A stretch of DNA of 62,717 nt, filler included, from Choristocarpus tenellus KU-1152 (taxonomy: Eukaryota > Protista > Phaeophyceae), in NCBI GenBank assembly GCA_964200185.2. It is 8 parts of 8 records of this genome, joined end to end, with 100 filler letters (N's around TTAATTAATTAA, not from the genome) between each part and the next. Parts side by side here need not be neighbours in the genome. Positions count along the whole stretch, not along the records: positions 52,158 to 55,930 come from CAXNAD020018006.1; positions 56,031 to 59,362 come from CAXNAD020020751.1; positions 59,463 to 62,717 come from CAXNAD020021236.1; 5 more parts are not named here. One strand, written 5' to 3'. A program made the position numbers and the translations under genes. The notes beneath the pieces are model-generated. The model made no database searches. It was not told where the DNA came from and saw only the letters and a list, made by a program, of their open reading frames with translations. Of this stretch, positions 52,058 to 62,717 are shown one piece after another. The stretch's first letter is position 1, and each line of letters starts with the position of its first letter.

Positions 52058-54620
52058 NNNNNNNNNNNNNNNNNNNNNNNNNNNNNNNNNNNNNNNNNNN
52101 NTTAATTAATTAANNNNNNNNNNNNNNNNNNNNNNNNNNNNNNNNNNNNNNNNNNNNGTGTAGACCCCCCCTCCCTCCCAGATACTTTGGGTCTGGAGCT
52201 GCAAGGCGTTATTGTGCTGAATAATACCTCAGTCCACAAGGTTTGTCCTGGGTTAGTACTTAGTACTCTATGATAATGCTTTGGTCTTTTTTTAAAGAGG
52301 TCTGCAAGGTTCGGTCCACTAAAGGATTGCACTGTTGACTATTGATTTGATTATCCTTAGTGTTTGCCGCAGTGCACCACTTGCCATGTACCATCCAATT
52401 GCATACGCATACATCCTGTACCTAATTTAAGTGTTTTGAGGGGAGGGGGCTAGATTGAATGACCTCTCATTCGTACAGATGACAACATGCCAAACTACAA
52501 GACCTGATGGGTATGGTATTTAGTAGAGTGTGTAATGAGACAGGTCGTCCCTCTGAGGTTCACTGCACCTCAATTGAAGCACCTCCTACTTCTCCATTCA
52601 AGTCTATAAATCCTTCCTTTTTTTCAATTTGCTCTGGAGCACTAAAAAAAAGAAGGTACTGAACACAATTATATTATTGAAGAGAATATGAAAACAGAAC
52701 CTATGTAATATTATACTTCAACTATAAAATACTCTCAATCCACAGGTTGTGTTAGGTCATGAAGGAAGGATCTGGAAGTTCAAGCATGCAATAGCCCTAA
52801 AAACAAAATTTGTTATATGAGGGTACATTCCTTTGTGCAGCAAGGGCAATCGCCCTATAAGAAAGGTGAGATAGACAGGAGTTACTGACTACCAACACCA
52901 TTTATGGAGTATCCCTGGTGAAAGGATACGCCTCCTGTTGCTCAACGAGTCCTTCTTGTCATGTGCATGCAAACACTCTGGCAGCATTGTTCTTAATATC
53001 ATACTACAAAGTAACTAAGTCTTAATCGTGAATATCATGTAGATTGACACTATTTTGTAGTAAAATAGATACGGTGCAGGATGTGCAATAGCTGTAATAG
53101 CATTTAGTACACGACAGCACTAGTACTGAGTACTAGTATTATAGTACTATTGATAATATACAGTTACTAGTACTGAGTACTACTAGTACTTCAAAGTACT
53201 ATTTTAGTGATAGTAGTATGTAGGACACTAGTGCTGAGTACTGCTACAATAGTGATATTAATAATATATAGTTACTAGTTCTGACATGGTACTATCAATA
53301 TTACACTGCTACTGTCATAGCACTAGTACTAGAACATACATTCAGTCTGTTGCATCAAGTCTCCTTCTCAACCACCATGTCTACTTCCGCTTATACAACG
53401 TTAATACTAGCATATGCATTGAAATACTCTCTTTCTTTCTTGGAGATACATAAATTAGAAAATATCAGGCCCCACATCTTTCGCACTATACCTTAAAACA
53501 AGAATTCTCCTTCTAAAAAATATATATATTTTTTTGGTCTTTCAAACATCCATAAATTTTGGAATGCCGTTGTAATCCTTCGAGTTACCAAAATTAACCC
53601 CTAACTCTCACTGAATAGCACACCCTACATAATGCCCGACTACATCCCCACAGCCTGGCCCATCATCGCTTGCAGTGCTGCCACAAATGCCATCCACCCA
53701 TCCCTTCATTCTTCACTCTTGATTCTTCACTCTTAGCTCCATCGCCTCTGTAGATGAAAACAACCGATCAAGTCGACTCCACTATTTTTGAACCAAAGTG
53801 TTCTGGTTGCAATAAAACTTTTATGATCATATGGGGGTTCATTATAATCACTGTGCCTGACACCTCAATTCCACCCCAACACCAAGAGTCTGTGGAAGTA
53901 GAACATGTGTTTATATTTAAAAATATATCTTTTCTGAACGCACGATCCTACACATAACACCAAATTCAGAAGGTGGTGACAGAAGTCCCTTGTGATAAAC
54001 TGCATCCACCCCCTGGAACACTCTTGCTCTTTTTCAACACTGGAGGCATTAAGGCATCGTTACACCCAGTAAGTTTGCACGCAGATTGAAATGCCAGCAT
54101 TGGCATTGCATTAATCCCCCTTCCCCTCCAGATACATTATGTTTAAAACATTACATTGCTATTCTTCTCGGTGCACCTCTCTTCCTTGATCACCCCCTTC
54201 CCATCTTTTTCTTTCTTTTATCTTTTTTTTTTTTATGTTTTCATCTGTGAACAAGCGCAATAGCACAAGAAACGAATTGGATTGTTGGTAGATGACAATA
54301 CTTGCTGGTGTGTAAGAAGAGTTCCTACAACAACACCCCCCCCTTTCCTAAATTCCTCTTTGTCCACTCCCCCTAGATCTTGGGCGGTGACCATTTGTTG
54401 TTCGCCACTTTCCACCTGAGCAATGCCAAAAATCGAGGGGAGGCGACAAGGTATTTTGGAGGAGTGAATGCAGACGTGCATATATATACATACCACCTCC
54501 GTGCCGTAAGTCTGTGCCGTGTTGTCCGTAACTTTTAAAGATGCTGATGAAATTCATTTCTGAAAGAAGATTTGGAATCCTTGACAAATTTCTGGTTAGG
54601 GTCAGCTCTTTTTATTATTA

Positions 54621-55930
54621 TTACTCCCCATCCATTACAATTTTAACAGCCACAGAAAAAGTCTCCATGTCTACCTTCGGCACGGTTTTAAGCTCACCAG
54701 ACAGCTGCCTCTTCCTTACCCCTGTGTGCTCCACATTGAAGTCATTCCCTCCTTTGTATCTAAGTACTTGATTGTACACCACAAAAAGGAGCTGCCAAGC
54801 CCTCTTAAGTGTGGTTTCATCATACTCCTCATATTGTTTCCCAATGAACTTCACCATCTCCTCGACAGACCCAAACCACTCCCCCATCACCCGGCATTTC
54901 AAAGACCTGAAGAAGCACAGGTCTATGATATTGAGGTCGGGGGAGTTACATGGCTGCGTCACAAGCCTATTCGACCACCCCTCAGTCTTCCCTGCACCTG
55001 ACAAGATTTCTGAGTTGCCCCTGCCCGTGTGAGGGGTGGCACCGTCTTGCTGAACGACGATGTGCTTCCCCTGCAATCAAGGCCTCTTGCTCTTGATTGC
55101 AGGCGGTTACTCCTCCGTGTACCACTTCCTGTATCACAAATGGTCTAAAGTACAATCCTGCTCATACAAACACCCCTTTTATGGTTCTTGCTTGTCCTGT
55201 CTGCCGTATTTGGTTCACACACACGCCAAACACCAAGCTTTCCATCAAAGCTGTGAGCCGAATCTGGGCAGTCGCTGGCTGCAATGGTCATGGTTTTGGG
55301 GATATGACTCTTGTGCTGCACAGTAGGTGACCCTGGAAGGTGGCTATCATCCTCTTGCGGAAATAACCTAGCCATTTCCCATCGGCCATTACGTAAAACC
55401 AAGTTTCAGTCACATGGATCGTATTCGCCATAGAGGTGTACACACCACATTTCCGGTCCACTTGATCACAAACAAAGTCCATTCTCCATAGCTTTTGCCA
55501 CAATTTAAGCTTGGGTTTGATCCAGCGCCAATTCGGCATGGCCCCCATATCATCCAACCACCTCTTTATGGTGCTCGTGCTATGATTCAGCCCCTTGGCG
55601 GTCGTCTTCGTTGTCACCGGACGCACTGTGGATGACTGATTATCGGAGTTGATACTATGTATTGTGGCCATCTTGGTTGGTGTGAGCTCCAAAGGCCGCC
55701 CACTATGTGCCGCCACCCCTAGGTCAAGCGTGTGGCCACGGGCGAGGTGATCGGATGTCCTCGCAGAGCCCTCACATGTAACACTCGGACACTCCAAACT
55801 CTGCTGCGAGGGCCGGCCCAACGTGTCGCGGCAATTTATGCTCACCAGGGACCATCACGAGGGTGTGCCACACTGCAAGCGCAACCCTGGTATTCAAGGA
55901 CACTTGGGCACCCTTCCTACATGGGGGGGT
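54621..55930 (-). mobile_element. Mariner-like (DD39D-related, DD40D) transposase pseudogene, second copy
   Basis: IKPKL...TIHVTETWFY, HKSHIPKTM, FDGKLGVW, IVVQQDGATPH...QPCNSPDLNIIDLCFFRSLK...GGNDFNVEH; frameshifted across three ORFs. Confidence 0.9.
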
Positions 55931-56563
55931 NNNNNNNNNNNNNNNNNNNNNNNNNNNNNNNNNNNNNNNNNNNNTTAATTAATTAANNNNNNNNNNNNNN
56001 NNNNNNNNNNNNNNNNNNNNNNNNNNNNNNGATGGGTATGTGTGGTGGGGTGGGGGGGGGGTGTTGGAGAGGGAAATAATGTTATCTAAAGGAGTGTGTC
56101 TGTGTACTATCATATGGCAATCCCAGTGTCTTTGGAAATATTGGATGGCAAAGTATTGTCTTATTATAAATGATCACACAGGGGTTGCTATCACCATCAC
56201 TTACCAGTTTCATTTGTTTCTCATATACGTTTGTTCTTACGGATCCCTGACCTTTGTCCCTCTCTTACCATTGCCCCCATTTTACCACGGCAGCCCAAAT
56301 CCTATGGGCTGGTTTCTGTCAGAGGTGGAAACCAACATTGCAAAGGGGGACAAAATATGGTCATCTTGGTGGGCAGAGGGTGTGCAACCATTCAACACAG
56401 GATGTTTTTGCAATCCCTTATATTGTAGAGATCAGTGATGTCCGTTTTTTTCCGTTTCGCCCTTGTCAAGATTTGTGTGTGCCTTCTTTTTTTTTCCTGG
56501 GTGCGGATAGTTTACACGATATGTGTGCAATGACACAGCATAGATAAACCCTGAGATGATTCT

Positions 56564-56834
56564 GAGTGGAAGTATCTTAAGAGGGTACAAATTTTGCCCT
56601 GTTTGTCCATTTGGGGCTTGGCTTTCCTCAGATTTTTTTTCATGACATTTTTTACCTACTCTAAAATGTTACGGAGTAGGTAAAACATATGCATTATGAA
56701 AAGGTGTGTTTGGAACAAGGATATTGACGCCTTCCTAACAGATGCAATAGCCAAGGAATTACATCAAAATTGCAACGTCAAATTTTGATCCCATAAGATG
56801 GATGCGGCTCTACCCTCTAAGATACTTTTGACTC
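56564..56834. mobile_element. MITE subfamily B
   Basis: GAGTGGAAGTATCTTAAGAGGG ... CCCTCTAAGATACTTTTGACTC; internal hairpin TTACCTACTC...GAGTAGGTAA; aligns with 40249-40508. Confidence 0.85.
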
Positions 56835-56897
56835 TCTCTCTCCTATGTGACCTTGGCAGCAGGTGATACAAGAAGTGTTAAGCTGTCCTTGATGATC

Positions 56898-59250
56898 TGT
56901 TGTCCCACACAACCAGTTTTATTATTGTTTATTAGCTTGTATCACAGTTGAGAAGAGAGTGAGATACCTTCACTAGGTGGGGCTCACCAATCCTTACATT
57001 GAATTACTCAGAATATCAAACGACTTAACAGTTCTCTAGTACATGTCACTCTAGTACACATCAAAAACACTCTGACTCTAACAGTCTGCCGATTACTTCT
57101 AGTCAAATACCCTAACCCTTAATATCCCGAACGTCCCACTTTATCATCTGTACATACAGAAGAAATAATACTTTCAAATCATATTCTCACAAATGGTCAA
57201 GCATAATCTTGACACACTCCCCTGCTCTGTCTATGTGGTAAGAATCAGATCAGTACAACAACAAATCCCAACTTGAAACCTTGAAATCAAATCAATCTGC
57301 ACACTTCGAATCTTATTCCCACAGGCATGGACAAGCAAAATCTTGACACACTCCCCTGCTCTGTCCATACATCATGAATCCAATGACCTCAATCTGCACA
57401 CTACCCCTTACTCACAGTGCATGATAGTTCTAGTGTGAAACTCAAACACATTACTACTCAGAGCCTTTGTGAACAAATCTCCATGTTTTTCACCGAAGTT
57501 TAGGTACTCAATCTGTGCCTTCCCCTCAATCACTAAGTTTTTAAACATATTGATACATAATATCTGTATGTTTTGTCCTACCCCCCAAAGCCGTCTTCTC
57601 GGCCAACTTGATTGCCCCGCTATTGTCTTCAAACAATCGTATACAATACATAAACTCCTTGGCCAAATCACACGACACAAACTCAAGCCTAAGTGGTAGA
57701 TAAAGCAACGTTTTTCTGCACTTTTGACCACAAGCTCACACATGCATCCCCAAACATTACCATGCCACCAGACACGGAAAATCTTGAAATCACACAATTA
57801 GCGTAGTCAGCATCGGCATAGCCGATGAGTTGATCCCTGGGTGCAATCCCGTAAAAACTGAAATCACCATAGGTCAATCCCCTCTTGCTTGTCCTCAACA
57901 AATAAGTAATAACTCTCTCAGCCCCCTTCCAAATCCGTCACTGTGGGATTTACACACTTCATCGCTAGGCTCCTTACCGCAGATGATACATCGGGTCTGG
58001 TCTTAATGGAAGCCTGCATCAAGTTCTCAACCATTGCACGATAACCATCTCTAACTGGTCCCTCCTCAACAAACTCTTTGTGGCTACAGCAGGGAGGTCA
58101 CAGCCAGTCGTGATCCCACATTTTGCCGCCGAGTTTTCAACATATACCTGCTGGTCCATGGAAACTGTCCCTAGTCCACAATCCCCATTTAAGCAACATC
58201 CCATAAACTGTCCCTTCTACCCAAGGTACTCCACAGGGAACTTCTTCTTCAGTCCCTGAACTATATCCAAGGCATGCTTAGACCCATTGCTGGCCATAAG
58301 CATATCATCAACATGAATGAGCATGATCAGTACCGGATCCCCATCCAACATCCACCTAAACAAACAAAGATCAGCCTTACATTGTTCCAGTCCCAGCTCC
58401 AGTAATGACACCACAAGTAAAGCATTCCAATTCCGTGATGCTTGTACAATCCCATACAGTGATTTCTGTAGCTTCCCAACCGCCCCATCGAATTCAGCTA
58501 CCACCCCCTCTGGCAGCTCCACATACAAAACTTCCTCCAGGTCTGCATTGGTGAAAGCTCTCACTGCATCTGCCATACTCAAGTCCCATCCCAACCGTGC
58601 TGTCAATGCCAGGATCATCCACTGGCCTGACATTTGTGCTGTTGGTGCGAATTATTCAGGCCAATCAATTCCAGGCTGTTGTCGAAATCCTTGTACCACC
58701 AGTCTGGCTTTCCAGCGCTCCACCAATCCCATTGCATTCACCTTCCTCGAAAAATGAATTTAATTTTCAACACATTTGCCTCGGTCTGGGAACCTGAACC
58801 CATGTGCCATGAGCAATTAATCCATCAATCTCAGCACATACAGCATCAAGCCACTCCATGGACTCTTGAGACTCAAGCACTTCCTTCACAGTGAGAGGTA
58901 CTGGAGGTAACTCACTAGCTGGAGTATCTCCTGGCCAGCCCAGTCCCAATTCATCACCTATCATCTCCTCCACCTTGTGTCTGACCACAAAGGCTGTTCG
59001 TCTAGTAGTTCCTACATGCCAGAGGAGTTTGTGATGGCCCCACATTATACTCCCGGATTCGAGACAGCATCCTGGGTTCAGAGGTTTATGAATGCCCTCC
59101 TGACCCAAGCCTCCCACTCCCCTGCTGTGGAGGTGACCCAACCCTGTCCTCATTGACTTGTGCAGAAATCCTCGTCCCAGACCCCAATTGCTCCCCCACA
59201 CTAATGCCTTCAACCATACACTCAAAAAAAAATCCAGTTTCTCAATCACT
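56898..59250 (-). mobile_element. Degenerate Ty1/copia retrotransposon (RT, RNase H, polypurine tract and putative 3' LTR)
   Basis: [111 protein letters not shown]. On the minus strand a polypurine tract AGAGCAGGGGAGTG is followed by TGTCAAG at 57214; candidate LTR 57214-56898 (TG...CA), tentative. Confidence 0.9.
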
Positions 59251-59961
59251 ACAATCCCCAGGTGTCATTTTCCCACTTGTGATCACTGGAAAAAATCCTT
59301 CCCCCCTCCACAAGTAACAGGGATTTCTCAAAATTGAGGATGGTGCAGGACTATGAGGATGGNNNNNNNNNNNNNNNNNNNNNNNNNNNNNNNNNNNNNN
59401 NNNNNNTTAATTAATTAANNNNNNNNNNNNNNNNNNNNNNNNNNNNNNNNNNNNNNNNNNNNAATGAAGAAATCTAGGTGAGTCCCCCCCTCCCCCCACC
59501 TCCACCCCCACCTCCACCCCCCCCTCCCAACAAGTGCATTTTTTCATCTTCTTTAAAATAAACAAATGAAATATCAAATTTTAATAAGTTATGTCTGAGG
59601 AAGACGTGTACCTCGAGTTGTCAAACACACCTTACATCCCACCTAGTGCAGAAAACAGAGCAAAGAACTAGCAAAGTCCAACCTAAACAAATCAATTAAA
59701 TCACTAATTAAATCACTTCAGATAAAAAAAAAAACAGCATAAAAATAATCCCACTCCATCCGACTCTCTCACTTCTTTCACAACTACATATTTCCATACC
59801 TAGAACTCCCCCCCCCCTCCCCCCATTTTGTGGAACAAAATAAAATAAAATTTCATTTGTACATACACAAGATACAACAAGCATCAGAGCAGTTAGTACC
59901 CACACACAGAGCAGTAAAGGGGAATGATGGACAGTGATATATAGGGTTATGGGCATCTCAC

Positions 59962-60810
59962 CTGACTGGACACTGCAGTGGTGTGGGTCCTAAGAAGGTT
60001 CTTGAAGGCTTCTTCCTTCTTCCACTCACAGCCATAACCAACAGAACCAAATCCGCCGCCCGTCTCATGTGTGTCCTTCACAACATCCAAGTAGTCCTCT
60101 GGAACAGACTGTTTCAAAACACATTTATAAATAAATATATATTTTTTATATTCAAAAGAATAAAAACATGATTAAACAAAAAAAAAAGGATTAAGCAATT
60201 GTACTGCTGCACTTAGTTTTGTTCTTAATTATGACAACACACACACATGTTGTAATGTTGTAATCACAATGTCGCAGCAATTGAGTTATAAACTCATTTG
60301 ATTGGTCAGTACTACTAACCTTTTGTAGTCGATATCACTACTGTGTTCTATCAGTTACAGGATAATAAGAAAGATTATCCAAAAGGGAGCACAGGGTCAT
60401 CTAGCCTGGAGACAAATAGGTGCACGTCAACTAGAAAAGAGACAGGCATAACCTCATAGGGTTAGGGTTAGGGTTAGTCAGGTCGGAGTTGCTTTGTTGT
60501 TAAATGCTCCCCTGGAGGAGTGAAATATTCAACTGTAACATTCACATCAAGCTGTAGCAATCTCAACCGTTTAAAAAAGGTATTCCGAATTATTACGCCG
60601 ACTCTTCAAAAAAAAAAAATAGATATTTTCCAAAAATATTGATAGAATTTCAGTCTTAAAAATTGTGCTCACACTGCAATCTGTTTGGTTCATTAATTAA
60701 AGAAAAAATGCATCAAATCGCAGGAGACACTTCACGCAATAATCCTGATAGGGCAGGAAAACTGCACAACTTAAAAAAAAACTACAATATATTGAAAAAA
60801 TAATATAGTA

Positions 60811-60841
<31 letters not shown>

Positions 60842-61160
60842 TATCACTTCTGGTAGAAATGGTACACCAACCCTGCTCTCCACACAAAACACACCACGTA
60901 AAAAAATATGTTCTGATTTTGAGGGGTAAATCAAAAGAAAAAAAATAGAAATTCACACCCAGAAATTCTTATTATAAAAAGGGGAGTGAATTTACCGGAA
61001 AGCTGACAACCAATGACCGTTTCAACGAACCGCCTGGGTCAACGTTTTTTTTTCACGCTGAACCCTTTAAAAAATATATATATACATATATATATGTATA
61101 TATAATTGATGAAAAAAAATTGGGGGGTCTCCTCGTGGAATGTCTGATGCAAACCAATAA

Positions 61161-61191
<31 letters not shown>

Positions 61192-62690
61192 TGTATCGAT
61201 AGAACGGATACGTTTGCATAAAAAATAAACTGATGCACACGTAAGAAAAAAAGGAATACACATTAAAAAAAATAAAAACAATAATAAAAGACTGAGCTTT
61301 GGCGACAGTGGAGTGTACAGCAAGGCAGCAGCGAGGTTGTTCGGTCTACAACACAAATAAAACAATAAAAACAATAATAAAAACACAAATAAAAATACAA
61401 ATAAAAACACAAATAAAACAATAATAAAAACACTAATAAAAACACTAATAAAAACAATAATAAAAACAATAATAAAAGTAACCCGTCCGTCGAGATCATT
61501 CAACACAATATAAAGTATCTCAGTATTAAAAATAATAAACAAAATATAAAGCGTCAAAAATTTGATCGAGAGAAAGTATTACATTAAGTGTGAAGTTCCC
61601 CTTTCATCACAAGCACATACCACAGTGCCATACACTACTAGCACACAATTCTTTTTCTTATCTTTTAAAAATAAGTAACAGAAAAGCTCTGTTCACGACA
61701 TGTCGGGTCCGTTGGTATCCAGTTTAAATATATGAAACCCATCAAGGCCCGCCAATACTATGGAAAATCAAAAGATCACCATCAAGGTCATGTGTTACAA
61801 AAAGAACGCCTGATTCAAATCAAGCTTTTTTTTTCTTTCTTCAACCGCCCACCTGTCATCTTTGAAAATATATATATATATATATATATATATCACGGGA
61901 ACCTTATCCTTATAACACAATTATCCTTGTAACACAATTATCCTTGTAACACAATTATCCTTGTAACACAATTATCCTTATAACACAATTATCCTTATAA
62001 CACAATTATCCTTATAACACAATTATCCTTATAACAGAATTGCTCTGGTTCGATCACAAGTGACACCAACAAATGTAGTCCATTTTTTTTCAAGAACAGT
62101 ATTTTAAAGTTCATAAAAAAAGTCATTGGCATTTTATATCGAATGGACTCGGTTTTGATCCAACCACTACAACAACAAACACGCCTCCTTCTCTTAGCCA
62201 TACTTTGAATCAACAATAAAAAAGTACCACATTTTAGAGTAGGTCATCATCCCCAGACTGAGAAAATAAAATGAGAAATATAATAATAATAATAATAATA
62301 ATAAATATATATATACACTGAAGGATCTAAGACAAAAACTAATCAATAAATCTAATAAATCACCATCAATCACCCGAAGGCGATAATTTTACCAAATTCC
62401 CTCCAAACAGGGTCGCTTCACACACACCAGTGACCAAAAACCTCACACGCCCATACTGATGGAAGCCTCTAGTTGACAAAAAAAAATCACCACCACTATT
62501 GTAAATTAAAAAAATGTACTGTCAAAGTTCGATAAAACACAGCTGGAGATGGGGGAGCACAGTAGGAGAAAGAAACCTGGAACACACAGCAGCCAGTAGA
62601 GACAAAAAAAATAAAATATCAAGTTCTTACCAATGCCGAGGCCGGATCCTTGATGAAGAATGTGTCATGTGCATCTCTGGCTGGGTGAGA
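59962..62690 (-). CDS. FARSA: Cytosolic-type phenylalanyl-tRNA synthetase alpha subunit, internal fragment (2 exons)
   Basis: Exons 62690-62631 (SHPARDAHDTFFIKDPASAL) and 60108-59962 (SVPEDYLDVVKDTHETGGGFGSVGYGCEWKKEEAFKNLLRTHTTAVSSQ). HPARDxHDTF and LLRTHTT are PheRS-alpha signatures. Confidence 0.93.
61355..61476. repeat. A-rich ~12-bp degenerate tandem repeat (AAAACAATAATA-like)
   Basis: About 10 consecutive degenerate units. Confidence 0.8.
61904..62039. repeat. 17-bp minisatellite (TTATCCTTRTAACACAA), 8 copies, in a FARSA intron
   Basis: Eight contiguous units starting at 61904, with no spacers. Confidence 0.95.
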
Positions 62691-62717
62691 CTGTGGGTGG
62701 TTGGAGGGGGGTGGGGG

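Noticed and set aside
53640-54420. Possible upstream charged low-complexity exons of RBM19
   Set aside because: Separated from the RBM19 exons by a linker gap; the frames contain stops and no conserved motif.
61039-61557. Hydrophobic 172-aa minus-strand ORF
   Set aside because: Translation artefact of A-rich simple repeats in a FARSA intron.
61904-62039. Regular 17-bp repeats resembling a CRISPR array
   Set aside because: Units are contiguous with no unique spacers and no cas genes; this is an intronic minisatellite.

Overview
Eukaryotic, intron-rich nuclear DNA. Bipartite plastid presequences with ASAF-type cleavage motifs, long GT-AG introns and interstitial TTAGGG repeats point to a photosynthetic stramenopile, probably a brown alga or relative (inference). 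The window is at least eight contigs joined by artificial N-TTAATTAATTAA-N linkers, so gene order across the linkers is unreliable. Manual exon assembly with consistent splice phases gives six genes: a complete 11-exon membrane-anchored formylglycine-type sulfatase (583-18031, +); the C-terminal half of an MFS transporter (+); a head-to-head pair of plastid-targeted genes, namely an Ala/Val-rich amphipathic-repeat protein (-) and a zinc-less MsrB with a twin-arginine lumen-type signal (+); part of RBM19/MRD1 (-); and part of phenylalanyl-tRNA synthetase alpha (-). The rest is transposon debris: two copia remnants, three mariner-like remnants (two retain a DD40D core), one Tc1/IS630-like remnant, and about 13 copies or ends of a MITE group with shared GR-N-TCAAAGTATC termini and 4-bp target-site duplications (TSDs). 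Three of the four perfect TSDs are AGGT/ACCT, which creates precisely spliceable GT...AG junctions. The strongest leads are this introner-like MITE behaviour and the predicted thylakoid-lumen, Zn-free MsrB.
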